Below are positions 11,240-20,895 of a stretch of DNA of 64,000 nucleotides, piece by piece. The stretch is from positions 31,065-95,064 of the forward strand of contig JAUNBL010000003.1 in NCBI GenBank assembly GCA_030527235.1, written 5' to 3'. The notes below the pieces were generated by a model, which saw only the letters and a list, made by a program, of their open reading frames with translations, did no database searches and was not told where the DNA came from. Source of the stretch: Clostridia bacterium. Its GTDB lineage: Bacteria; Bacillota; Clostridia; UMGS1883. The stretch's first letter is position 1, and every line of letters begins with the position of its first letter. The translations under genes were made by a program, and so were the position numbers.

Positions 11240-11485
11240 ATGGAAAACAGAGTGGCAATTATCGGAATTATTGTTGAGGAGTATAATGCGGCCATGGAAG
11301 TGAACACACTTTTGCATGAGTTCGGAGAATACGTTATAGGACGAATGGGAATTCCATATCGCGAACGCAAAATCAGCATGATTTGCGTTATGCTGGATGC
11401 CCCGAACGATATTATCAGCGCTCTGAGCGGTAAACTCGGAATGATACGGGGAGTGAGCAGCAAGACGCTTTATTCAAAGACATGA
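11240..11485 (+). CDS. TM1266-like putative iron-only hydrogenase system regulator
   Basis: About 80 aa protein, MENRVAIIGIIVEE..; conserved position immediately upstream of hydE-hydG-hydF. Confidence 0.65.
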   Translation: MENRVAIIGIIVEEYNAAMEVNTLLHEFGEYVIGRMGIPYRERKISMICVMLDAPNDIISALSGKLGMIRGVSSKTLYSKT

Positions 11486-12510
11486 AAGAGCTTACCGATA
11501 AACTCTTTTATGAACGGAAGCTAACAAAGGATGAGTGGGTAAAGCTTTTGAAAAACCCATCTCCCGAGTATGCAGCAAAACATGCCGGCAAGCTTTGTAT
11601 GCGCGCTTATGGGAATAAAGTTTTTGTCCGCGCGCTAATTGAACTTACAAGCTTTTGCAAAAATGACTGCTTCTACTGCGGAATTCGCCGTTCTAACAGA
11701 TGTGCGCAAAGGTATCGCCTCGATGATAAAACTGTACTCTTGTGCTGCGAGAGTGCGTATAGCTGCGGTATGCGGACTTTCGTACTCCAGGGCGGGGAGG
11801 ATGAATACTTTAGCCAAAGTCATGTTTGTGCGCTGATAGCAGAGATTAAAACACGTTTCCCCGATTGTGCTGTAACGCTTTCCCTTGGTGAAAAAAGCAA
11901 AGAGGAGTACGCGGCCTACAGACGAAGCGGCGCCGACAGATACCTTCTTCGCCACGAAAGCGCGAACGAGGCGCATTACAAGCAGCTGCATCCATCGGAG
12001 ATGCGGCTTGAAAGACGAAAACAGTGCCTGTTTGAGTTAAAAGAGCTTGGATATGCAGTCGGAAGCGGATTTATGGTCGGAGTCCCGTTTCAAACCTGTG
12101 AGACGCTTGCGGAGGATATGCTGTTCTTAGAAAAGCTTTCTCCGGATATGATTGGCATAGGTCCGTTCATTCCGGCAGGAAATACTCCGTTTGAAACCTT
12201 CAAAAGCGGAAGCGGCGCTTTTACAATGTATTTGATTTCGCTTTTGCGGATAGCGTTTCCTTTGGCGCTGATTCCATCTACAACGGCGCTGGGTGTGATG
12301 GGCGGGCGAATCGGCGGAATACGGGCAGGCGCAAACGTAATCATGCCTAACTTCACCCCCGTAGAATATCGGGAAAAATATTCAATTTATGAAAACAAAG
12401 CCCGTTCGGGAGAAAACGCGGAAGATGCGATAGGACGCTTGCGCGAAGAGATGCGCGCGATTAGCCGCGAAGTCGTTATAGACCGCGGAGATAAGCGGAG
12501 GTGTATATGA
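11482..12510 (+). CDS. hydE: [FeFe]-hydrogenase maturase HydE (radical SAM)
   Basis: CxxxCxxC radical SAM motif (CKNDCFYCGIR), biotin-synthase-like length, operon context. Confidence 0.85.
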   Translation: MKELTDKLFYERKLTKDEWVKLLKNPSPEYAAKHAGKLCMRAYGNKVFVRALIELTSFCKNDCFYCGIRRSNRCAQRYRLDDKTVLLCCESAYSCGMRTFVLQGGEDEYFSQSHVCALIAEIKTRFPDCAVTLSLGEKSKEEYAAYRRSGADRYLLRHESANEAHYKQLHPSEMRLERRKQCLFELKELGYAVGSGFMVGVPFQTCETLAEDMLFLEKLSPDMIGIGPFIPAGNTPFETFKSGSGAFTMYLISLLRIAFPLALIPSTTALGVMGGRIGGIRAGANVIMPNFTPVEYREKYSIYENKARSGENAEDAIGRLREEMRAISREVVIDRGDKRRCI

Positions 12511-13925
12511 TGTATAACGCGAAATCCATGAAGGCTGAAGAATTTATCAGTCACGAAGAGGTAGAAGAGACTCTAAAGTATGCAGACAAAAATGCAGAAA
12601 ACGAAGCATTGATATCGGAAATTCTTGAGAAGGCACGCCTTGGCCGCGGGCTAAATCACACAGAGGCTTCGGTTCTTTTGGCGTGTGAAATTCCGGAAGT
12701 TACAAAACAAATATTTGACTTGGCGGAGCAGATAAAAAAGGATTATTACGGTAACCGAATAGTGATTTTTGCGCCGCTCTATCTTTCAAACTATTGTGTA
12801 AACGGGTGCGTATATTGTCCGTACCATGTAAAAAATAAACATATAGCGCGAAAAAAGCTTACACAGGAGGAAGTGGCGCGCGAGGTGATTGCATTGCAGG
12901 ATATGGGACACAAGCGGCTCGCGATAGAAGCAGGCGAGGATGAGGTCAACAACCCGCTTGAATACATACTTGAGTGTATTCATACAATCTATTCAATCAG
13001 GCATAAAAACGGCGCGATTCGACGTGTAAACGTGAATATTGCCGCTACTTCGGTGGAAAATTACCGCCGTCTTAAAGAGGCGGGGATAGGTACATATATT
13101 CTTTTCCAGGAGACTTACCATAAAGAGAGTTATTTGAAGCTCCACCCTACAGGGCCAAAACACGACTATGATTATCATACCGAAGCTATGGACCGCGCAA
13201 TGGCAGGAGGAATCGATGACGTGGGCTTGGGAGTTCTTTATGGATTGGAGCTTTACCGCTACGAGTTTGCGGCGCTTTTAATGCATGCCGAACATCTTGA
13301 AGCGGTTCATGGTGTAGGTCCACACACGATAAGTATGCCGAGAATTAAGCGCGCAGACGATATTGACCCCAGTGCGTTTGATAATTCGATAAGCGATGAG
13401 GTTTTTGCAAAACTGTGCGCGCTCGTCCGTATATCGGTGCCGTATACGGGAATGATTATTTCCACCCGCGAGAACCAGGCTGTAAGAGAACGAGTAATCC
13501 GTTACGGCGTATCGCAGATAAGCGGAGCATCAAGAACGTCCGTAGGAGGTTACGCCGAAGACGAACGTCCGCACGACACTGAGCAATTTGATGTCTCCGA
13601 CCAACGCACTCTGGACGAGGTGGTAAGATGGCTAATGCAAATGGGATATATACCCTCCTTTTGCACTGCATGTTACCGTGCAGGGCGCACAGGGGATAGG
13701 TTCATGGAATTGTGCAAGAGCAAGCAGATGCAAAACTGCTGTCATCCGAACGCGCTTATGACTCTAAAGGAATTTTTGCTGGATTATGCTACAGAGCAAA
13801 CGCGTGCAATCGGTGAAAAGATGATTGAAGCGGAGCTTCGGAACATACCCGGAGAAATGGTGCGTCGGCTTTGTGCCGAACACCTTGAAAAGATAGAGCA
13901 AGGTATTCGTGATTTCAGATTTTGA
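12501..13925 (+). CDS. hydG: [FeFe]-hydrogenase maturase HydG (radical SAM tyrosine lyase)
   Basis: CVNGCVYCPY radical SAM motif, C-terminal Cys-rich extension (CTACYRAGRTGD), 474 aa. Confidence 0.85.
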   Translation: MYMMYNAKSMKAEEFISHEEVEETLKYADKNAENEALISEILEKARLGRGLNHTEASVLLACEIPEVTKQIFDLAEQIKKDYYGNRIVIFAPLYLSNYCVNGCVYCPYHVKNKHIARKKLTQEEVAREVIALQDMGHKRLAIEAGEDEVNNPLEYILECIHTIYSIRHKNGAIRRVNVNIAATSVENYRRLKEAGIGTYILFQETYHKESYLKLHPTGPKHDYDYHTEAMDRAMAGGIDDVGLGVLYGLELYRYEFAALLMHAEHLEAVHGVGPHTISMPRIKRADDIDPSAFDNSISDEVFAKLCALVRISVPYTGMIISTRENQAVRERVIRYGVSQISGASRTSVGGYAEDERPHDTEQFDVSDQRTLDEVVRWLMQMGYIPSFCTACYRAGRTGDRFMELCKSKQMQNCCHPNALMTLKEFLLDYATEQTRAIGEKMIEAELRNIPGEMVRRLCAEHLEKIEQGIRDFRF

Positions 13926-13934
13926 GGTGATAGC

Positions 13935-15083
13935 ATGACTCTTAACGATACGCCGAACGCACAGCGTGTGCACATTGGTATTTTCGGCAGGCGCAACAGT
14001 GGCAAGTCCAGCCTTGTCAACGCTCTTTGCGGACAAAATGTATCAATTGTATCCGATGTACTTGGTACGACAACAGACCCGGTATCGAAAGCGATGGAAC
14101 TTTTGCCGCTCGGGGCAGTGGTGTTTTTCGATACGCCCGGACTTGACGACGAAGGAGAACTCGGAACAGAGCGTATACGCCGTTCACGGGATGTGTTACG
14201 CAAGTGTGACATTGCAATTATCGTGTGCGACGCTTCGGCTGGGATGGGAGAAATCGAGAACGAACTTGAACACGAGTGTAAAAAACGGGGAATTCCTTCT
14301 ATAACAGTGCTGAACAAGTGTGACATTAATAAATCTGACGGTCTGTGCGTGAGCGCCAAGACAGGAGAAGGGATAGAGGCGCTGAAGAAACGTATTGCAG
14401 CGATTCAGATTGGGCAGGCAAGGGCTTTGCTCGATGGTATTATAAAATGCGGTGACAATGTAATACTTGTAACGCCGATTGACTCCTCTGCGCCAAAGGG
14501 TAGGCTCATTTTACCTCAGCAACAGGCAATACGTGAGATTTTGGACTGCGGCGCCACAGCTATAGTCGTGCAGGAAAACGCGCTTCCCGGCGCACTTAAA
14601 ATGTGCACTCCAAGCATTGTCATAACAGACAGCCAAGTGTTTGAAAGTGTGGCAGAAGAAGTACCCGCTAATGTAAAACTGACTTCATTTTCAATTCTGT
14701 TTGCGAGGAAACGGGGAATCCTTGGCGCATCGATGGAAGGTGCAAAGGCGCTGGACAAACTTGCAGATGGTGATATAATTCTTATTAGCGAAGGCTGCAC
14801 ACACCATCGCCAGTGCGAGGACATCGGAACAGTGAAGCTGCCTGCATGGATTCGCAGGCGCTGCGGTAAAAATATATCTTTCGAGTATACAAGCGGCGCG
14901 CAGTTTCCGGAGGCATTGAATAAGTACCGTCTCATTATACATTGCGGAGGCTGTATGCTGAATCTGCGTGAGATGCATTTCAGATTTAGCAGTGCGGCAG
15001 CGCAAAATGTGCCGATTACAAATTATGGCGTTGCAATAGCGCATTTGAAAGGCATAGCGGAAAGGGCGCTGCAAGCTCTATAA
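13935..15083 (+). CDS. hydF: [FeFe]-hydrogenase H-cluster maturation GTPase HydF
   Basis: P-loop GRRNSGKSSLVNAL, DTPG G3 motif, C-terminal CxHx..HC cluster-binding region. Confidence 0.85.
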   Translation: MTLNDTPNAQRVHIGIFGRRNSGKSSLVNALCGQNVSIVSDVLGTTTDPVSKAMELLPLGAVVFFDTPGLDDEGELGTERIRRSRDVLRKCDIAIIVCDASAGMGEIENELEHECKKRGIPSITVLNKCDINKSDGLCVSAKTGEGIEALKKRIAAIQIGQARALLDGIIKCGDNVILVTPIDSSAPKGRLILPQQQAIREILDCGATAIVVQENALPGALKMCTPSIVITDSQVFESVAEEVPANVKLTSFSILFARKRGILGASMEGAKALDKLADGDIILISEGCTHHRQCEDIGTVKLPAWIRRRCGKNISFEYTSGAQFPEALNKYRLIIHCGGCMLNLREMHFRFSSAAAQNVPITNYGVAIAHLKGIAERALQAL

Positions 15084-15192
15084 AGCACAGACACAATCAC
15101 AATTAAACGATTGTGTCTGTTTTGTACACATGATTGCAGAAATAGTGTATTGATTTTAGAACTGCAATACAGTATAATATAAGATATAATGT

Positions 15193-16020
15193 CTATTGCG
15201 AACGCACTGATTTATAAGTATAGCTCTTGGAATTGCGGAATTCCGATGGTGTGCAGCCGACAGCTTGCTTGAAAACTTTCATAAAGTGCCGCTCTTCGTT
15301 GAACCCACACAAAGGAGCAATTTCTTTAATTGAAAGAGTTGTCTCAATGAGCAGTGATTTTGCCTTTTCCGTGCGGCAGTGCGTAATGTACTTTTTCAGC
15401 CCGATACTTTTTTCGCGCTTAATGAGCTTAGATATATATTCCTTGTTATAGTTAAAAATATTGGCGGCTTTTTCCACTGTAATATCAAGGTGGCAGTTAT
15501 TCTTTGCCCAAGCGCAAATCTGTTCTACAATGGCGTTTTCTTCTCCTACGGGGTCGGCGATTGCCGCCAACGCCTCGTGCACAAGTATTGTTGTGGCAAG
15601 AGAGGCGTCGTCCAGCCTGCGCTGAGCGAGGTAGAGCGTTTCCAAAAAAAGATTTGACAGGCGCGACGGGTCCTTTACATGCGCATATGCCGGAAAAGGA
15701 ATTGTTTCTTCATCGGAACAGTTAAAGTGCAGCCAATAAAAACATATCGGCTTTGTGCTTTCGCGGTAGCCCTCGTGCCAAACGTCTTTGTGCAGGAACA
15801 GAATATCGCCCGCTTCGACAACGTACTGATTGTTTTCTTCGGCAATGTACATGGTTCCGCTCTGCATCAGTATGAGTTCATGTGAATCGTTTACTTTGCG
15901 GGATAGGTGCTTCCACGGACGAGTGGTTTTGGTTATGCCGCACACACAATAATCAATCAATTTCACCGCCTCCTTTTGAAGGACTAAACATATTATAATT
16001 TCTGCGTTCAAAACTTGCAA
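15193..16020 (-). CDS. AraC family transcriptional regulator (cupin + HTH)
   Basis: C-terminal tandem AraC HTH; divergent from the secreted protease gene. Confidence 0.75.
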   Translation of the reverse strand: MQVLNAEIIICLVLQKEAVKLIDYCVCGITKTTRPWKHLSRKVNDSHELILMQSGTMYIAEENNQYVVEAGDILFLHKDVWHEGYRESTKPICFYWLHFNCSDEETIPFPAYAHVKDPSRLSNLFLETLYLAQRRLDDASLATTILVHEALAAIADPVGEENAIVEQICAWAKNNCHLDITVEKAANIFNYNKEYISKLIKREKSIGLKKYITHCRTEKAKSLLIETTLSIKEIAPLCGFNEERHFMKVFKQAVGCTPSEFRNSKSYTYKSVRSQ

Positions 16021-16050
16021 TATAAAAATTATAAAAGGGGAGAAAAATCA

Positions 16051-18174
16051 ATGAAAAAAATTATTTGCATCCTTCTGGCATTTGCGATGTTCCTGCCATG
16101 CTCTGTGTTTGCCGAAGACGGCGTGAAGATTTACATTAATTCGGTTATCCTTGATGCCGAGGGTATCATTACGGCTGAAAACCGCACAATAGTGCCGTTG
16201 CGGGCAATCTTTGAATCGCTGAACGCGTCTGTTGACTGGGATGATTCCACGAAAACCGTAACGGCGGTTCGGGGCGATACAACAGTAGCGCTGACCATAG
16301 GAGTTCCGCAAATTATCAAGAACAATTCCGCGACTGAGATAGACGTTGCTCCGGTTATTATAAACTCATCTACCTATGTTCCGGTAAGGGCGGTATCGGA
16401 GGCGTTTGAATGTGTTGTAGAATGGCACGCAGACGAACGGGCTGTGGTTATTTCCACTCCTTTTAACGATGCAGATAACGATGATAGCCTTGACGGAAAA
16501 TATGTTACTCTTGCACTTGCAGACGGGAAAATGATTGGAGTAGAAGGCGCTTCGTCAGATGACAGCGCGGCGCTTAGTGCACAAAATGCAAACGGAGACG
16601 ATTCTCAAACATGGGAAATTCTTTTCCAGAGCGAAGGCTTTTATACACTGGTTAACAAAAAAAGCGGCAAGGCGGTTGATATGCCTGCTTCCGATACTAC
16701 CCCGGGACGTGGCGCGACACAGTATTCAACAAACAACGGGGCAAATCAGCAGTTGTTTTTTGAAGAGAACGATGACGGTACATACAGGCTTAAGTTCAAA
16801 CATTCCGAACTCTATTTAACGAATTCCGACGGGAAGTTTACTCAGGAGGCGAAAGGCGACGCTCTTGCGCAATGCTTTACAATGCAGATTGTCGGCGAGG
16901 GTCCGATGAGCGCGATTAAATCAACTCCGGGATATCTTAACCTTGACGCAGAAACCAGAGAGCGTTTTGATTCTTATGTTTTCAAGACACGTTCTTATAC
17001 AACGAGCATATATAATCAAGCTCGTTCTCTCATAGCGGCGGAGAACTATGTGGAAAAGAGCGCGCAAGAGCAGTCCGCAATACTTGAACAATGCTTGACA
17101 TTTACTGCGTTTAACCTCGTTTATATAGGCGAGATTCCCAAGGAGGGTGAAACGACATATACAATTTCAAACAAGACCTATATAGACTCGTTTGACGTAT
17201 GGCGCGGAACAATGCTTCCTGTATGGAGCTATGATGTTGCAATGTCTGACGGGTATAGTGTGACGATTTACACAACAATAGAAGATTGTTCCGTTGTTGA
17301 AGACGGGGCTGCGGCATTGGCGCGCTTTCCGTTAGCGATAAGAAAGTATCTGCGCCGTCTTATCCACCGCGAAGATACCGCAAACAACTATAACGGTGGC
17401 GGTGACACCATATGGATTCGCCTCAGCTATATTCCAAGCCAGAACGCTATTGCTCAAACACTGGCGCATGAGCTTGGTCATGTGCTGGATACATCGCTGA
17501 CTACCGATGACTCCGTCTGGGAGAATGCGGCATTGAGCGACAGAGTGCCTGTTTCGGGATATGGTAATTCAAACCGAGCAGAGGATTTGGCTGAATTTTC
17601 ACGCCTTTACCATATGGCGAAACGCGACGAGAACATCATGAACGCACTTGAAACAGTTTACCCCAACAGAATAAGTGCGTACAGAGCGCTGCTTTACAGC
17701 GGCGACAAGGAGTATTATGCGCAATATAAATCCGACTACGAAAAATATCTCCCGTTTATTGATGCAGGAGAAGAAGCCGTGTACAATACGATAACGCTTG
17801 AAGGCACAGATTTGGTGCTCGGACTCGCAGACGATGCGACAGCGAGCGGAACCACGGTGGTGCTTGAGCAATACACGGGAAAAGAAACGCAGCAATGGCG
17901 TATCCGTACCACAAAGGACGGCTACAAAGTGATATTTAACAAAGCGGCTGATTGCTGTCTCAATGTGCCGGGGAACAGTACAGATAACGGGAAGAGCCTT
18001 ATTATCTGGAACGGCGGCGGGGGAAATAATGAAAAATGGACAATGAGCGGCGACGATAACGGCGCTGTCTTCTGTGTCAAGCATTCCAACCTTTACCTTT
18101 CGGCAGATACAGCTACTGCGACGGCGACTCAGTCGCAGACACAGAGTAAGTGGATTATAAAGAGCGTGGAATAA
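16051..18174 (+). CDS. secreted M34-family (anthrax lethal factor / Pro-Pro endopeptidase-like) zinc metalloprotease with copper-amine-oxidase N-terminal-like domain and two ricin-type lectin modules
   Basis: Signal peptide MKKIICILLAFAMFLPCSVFA; Cu_amine_oxidN1-like stalk domain; QxW-type beta-trefoil repeats; HELGH zinc motif with downstream EDLAEF third ligand. Confidence 0.6.
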   Translation: MKKIICILLAFAMFLPCSVFAEDGVKIYINSVILDAEGIITAENRTIVPLRAIFESLNASVDWDDSTKTVTAVRGDTTVALTIGVPQIIKNNSATEIDVAPVIINSSTYVPVRAVSEAFECVVEWHADERAVVISTPFNDADNDDSLDGKYVTLALADGKMIGVEGASSDDSAALSAQNANGDDSQTWEILFQSEGFYTLVNKKSGKAVDMPASDTTPGRGATQYSTNNGANQQLFFEENDDGTYRLKFKHSELYLTNSDGKFTQEAKGDALAQCFTMQIVGEGPMSAIKSTPGYLNLDAETRERFDSYVFKTRSYTTSIYNQARSLIAAENYVEKSAQEQSAILEQCLTFTAFNLVYIGEIPKEGETTYTISNKTYIDSFDVWRGTMLPVWSYDVAMSDGYSVTIYTTIEDCSVVEDGAAALARFPLAIRKYLRRLIHREDTANNYNGGGDTIWIRLSYIPSQNAIAQTLAHELGHVLDTSLTTDDSVWENAALSDRVPVSGYGNSNRAEDLAEFSRLYHMAKRDENIMNALETVYPNRISAYRALLYSGDKEYYAQYKSDYEKYLPFIDAGEEAVYNTITLEGTDLVLGLADDATASGTTVVLEQYTGKETQQWRIRTTKDGYKVIFNKAADCCLNVPGNSTDNGKSLIIWNGGGGNNEKWTMSGDDNGAVFCVKHSNLYLSADTATATATQSQTQSKWIIKSVE

Positions 18175-18190
18175 ATAAGGGGGAAGCGCA

Positions 18191-19429
18191 GTGGATACGT
18201 TATTTTACCAAGGAAATAGAGCCGAGCTTTACAAAGCGCTTAAGCCTGGCGATACAGTTATTCTCTTTTCCGGCACAGCTCCGCGGAAAACCGCTGATGA
18301 AAACTATCCTTTTTTTGCATCGCGTAATTTTGTATATCTTACCGGTATTGCTCGCGAAGATTTGATTTTTACTGCACAAATCACGGAAGGCAGCGTGAAA
18401 GAAATCTTGTTCATTCTCCCTCCTGACCTTTTAGCGGAGCGGTGGACCGGAAGCAGAATTAAAGCTGATGAAGCGTCGCAAATCAGCGGAATAAAAGAAT
18501 TCTGCTACACATCGGCATTCGATGAGTTTTTCAAGAATCTTTGCGAAAAAAACGGCGGGACGCTGTATATGGATTTTGACAAGCGTTTTGAAACAGAGCC
18601 GGATAATGAAACGTATATTCTTGCGAAGAAGGTCAGCAAGCTCTATCCGTACATGAAAATGCGAAACATTCACGGATACATTGCTGAAATCCGAACAATA
18701 AAAAAGCCCTGCGAAATTGAAGCCATGCGCAAGGCGGAACTTATCACGCGCGACGGGATTCTTGCCATGATGCGTGCATCCAAGCCGGATATGTATGAAT
18801 ACCAGTATAAAGCGGAGTTTGACTACGCGCTTGCGCAGCATGGGGTTTTAACGCCGATGTTTCCTTCGATAATTAGTGCCGGCAAAAATAATTTCTGTAT
18901 ACACTATTATGATTACCGCGGAATTGCTCGCGATGGAGATATGGTCTTGAACGATGTGGGAGCAGTATGGGACAATGAGGGGACCGATGTTTCGCGAGGC
19001 TGGCCGTGTAACGGAAAGTTCAGCGAAAAACAGCGCCTTCTGTACGAGTGCGCGTACGAAACATCCAACCACATGTTTGAAATATTAAAACCCGGCATAC
19101 CTATGCGAGACGTAGACACTCTTGTCCGTAAGTACAACTACGAGCTGCTGCATGACTTAGGCTTGGTGGACAGCTATGAAAACGCGGGCAAGCTTATTTG
19201 GCATGGCGGTGCACATCATGTAGGGTTTGACACGCACGACGTCGTCAATGTAGAAGGTAAGCTTACGCAGGCGGGTATGGTTTTTTGCGTAGATGTAGGA
19301 ATCTACTGTGAAGAGTGGGGGATTGGCTTCCGGCTGGAAGATAATTGCCTTATCACACAAACTGGCTGCGAAAACCTTTCCGCCATAATACCGAGAAGCA
19401 TTGCGGATATTGAAGCAGTTATGCAATAG
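18191..19429 (+). CDS. M24 family Xaa-Pro aminopeptidase
   Basis: Creatinase N-domain plus pita-bread fold; HGGAHHVGFDTHD motif. Confidence 0.75.
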   Translation: MDTLFYQGNRAELYKALKPGDTVILFSGTAPRKTADENYPFFASRNFVYLTGIAREDLIFTAQITEGSVKEILFILPPDLLAERWTGSRIKADEASQISGIKEFCYTSAFDEFFKNLCEKNGGTLYMDFDKRFETEPDNETYILAKKVSKLYPYMKMRNIHGYIAEIRTIKKPCEIEAMRKAELITRDGILAMMRASKPDMYEYQYKAEFDYALAQHGVLTPMFPSIISAGKNNFCIHYYDYRGIARDGDMVLNDVGAVWDNEGTDVSRGWPCNGKFSEKQRLLYECAYETSNHMFEILKPGIPMRDVDTLVRKYNYELLHDLGLVDSYENAGKLIWHGGAHHVGFDTHDVVNVEGKLTQAGMVFCVDVGIYCEEWGIGFRLEDNCLITQTGCENLSAIIPRSIADIEAVMQ

Positions 19430-19430
19430 C

Positions 19431-19631
19431 TCAATCTTTCCAAAGCTTTGCGGCAAGCTTTTCAATACGGTCTTTTCTGGCGGCGGTGTCATCTTCGTCA
19501 ATTTCGATGGAGATGACATCGCCTTCTTTTGCTTCCTTTGGCACAAGCGTTGCCGGCATGTCCGCCATATTTCCATCTTCCAGTTCCACCACGACAAAAT
19601 CACCTTCAAAACGGTCTATTATAACTTTCAT
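19431..19631 (-). CDS. DUF3006 domain protein
   Basis: 66 aa, MKVIIDRFEGDFVVVELEDG.. typical DUF3006; paired with the MBL-fold gene. Confidence 0.6.
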   Translation of the reverse strand: MKVIIDRFEGDFVVVELEDGNMADMPATLVPKEAKEGDVISIEIDEDDTAARKDRIEKLAAKLWKD

Positions 19632-19664
19632 CTCAAATCCTTTCCCCGAAACTGCGACAACAGT

Positions 19665-20519
19665 TTATTTTTCGGTTTTCACAGTGAAATTATTTCCATC
19701 GCTCGTAAATATGACGGTGCCGTCAATATCTGTTCTATAAATTGTGATATTGTGCGTTTCGAGCACTTCCAGAGCCTCATTTGTAGGATGATTGTACGAT
19801 TTCCCATCACAGGAAATTACAGCATATGTCGGGTTTACCCGCTCTATAAACTCTTTCTTGTTTGCAGATTTAGAACCGTGATGACTTACCTTCAAGACAT
19901 CTGCTGTTACATCAGATGTAATAAGCTCCTGACTCTCTTTTTCCGCATCGCCGGTGAGGAGAACTGAAGTATTCTTATATTCGATTTTGATAACTGCCGA
20001 GTAGTTGTTCAAATCGTCATATTCTTCAAGCGTAGGAGCGAGGCAACTGACGGAAAAATCTTTGTCTTGGCAAATAACCACGCCTTCTTTGGCTGTTTCA
20101 ATTTGGAGTCCTTTTTCATCAATGGCTTTGAGTAAATTTTCAAAAGCCTTGGTATTGTGAGTCACACGGGGCATGAATACGCGCTTAACGCCGAAGCTGT
20201 TTATTGCGTCGTCCAATCCCCCGATGTGGTCTGCGTGCGGATGTGTTGCAATCACATAGTCAAGTGTATCTGTGCCAGCCTCTCTTATAGCGCTTATTAC
20301 GCGGTCGGCAAAATTGACGTCTCCTCCATCAACAAGCATAGTTTCGCCATTTGGAAGGGTGATAAGCGAACAGTCGCCCTGACCAACGTCTATAAACCGC
20401 ACAACCAGATTGCCGTTTTGGCGCACAGTGCCAGAGGAAACGTTTAGCCCCGCTGGTGTACAGCCAAACAATGATAGGGCAACAAAGAGAGATATGAGTT
20501 CTTTCAGCATTTTTAACAC
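19665..20519 (-). CDS. MBL-fold metallo-hydrolase, ComEC C-terminal-domain-like (secreted lipoprotein)
   Basis: Lipobox LFGC, HxHxDH motif (ATHPHADHIGG), VSHHGS motif typical of ComEC-type lactamase domain. Confidence 0.7.
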   Translation of the reverse strand: MLKMLKELISLFVALSLFGCTPAGLNVSSGTVRQNGNLVVRFIDVGQGDCSLITLPNGETMLVDGGDVNFADRVISAIREAGTDTLDYVIATHPHADHIGGLDDAINSFGVKRVFMPRVTHNTKAFENLLKAIDEKGLQIETAKEGVVICQDKDFSVSCLAPTLEEYDDLNNYSAVIKIEYKNTSVLLTGDAEKESQELITSDVTADVLKVSHHGSKSANKKEFIERVNPTYAVISCDGKSYNHPTNEALEVLETHNITIYRTDIDGTVIFTSDGNNFTVKTEK

Positions 20520-20619
20520 CTCGTGATAAGTCTACAACATTATTTTGGAAATGTCAATTGACATCGTAATGTATATATGATATGATAAACACAATTCAAA
20601 TAAGCCGTATGGCTTAATA

Positions 20620-20790
20620 CGTGACATCGGTGCCCGGTAAAACGGGAGAATAGGGAATCAGGTGCAAATCCTGAGCAGTCCTGCTGCCGTGAAAGGCGAG
20701 CTGCTTCACAATATGCCACTGCGGTCTTTGCCGTGGGAAGGCGGGAAGCGGCGGTGAACCTCAGTCGGAAGACCTGCCGATGTTTGGGAA
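20620..20790 (+). promoter_or_regulatory. cobalamin (AdoCbl) riboswitch
   Basis: Conserved core AGGGAA-nnn-GGTGcAAaTCC, and B12 box GCCACTG at 20715-20721. Downstream hairpin gccttgac/gtcaaggc (20836-20855) followed by a U-rich tract as expression platform. Confidence 0.8.
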
Positions 20791-20895
20791 TTAAAGCAAC
20801 TTCACAGGGGCTTGAAGGGTGCGCTTTTTTAGTGCGCCTTGACTTTGGTCAAGGCTGTTGTTTAGTTGCAAAAAAAAATAAACGGAGGTATTTTT

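Noticed and set aside
13784-14359. 191-aa minus-strand ORF spanning the hydG-hydF junction
   Set aside because: Antisense to two radical-SAM/GTPase genes with clear motifs; Ser/Pro-rich low-complexity translation.
20866-20895. Track start (MQKKINGGIF..) for the riboswitch-controlled gene
   Set aside because: It would begin inside the riboswitch terminator region. The ATG at 20896 is preceded by AACGGAGGT and yields a canonical signal peptide.
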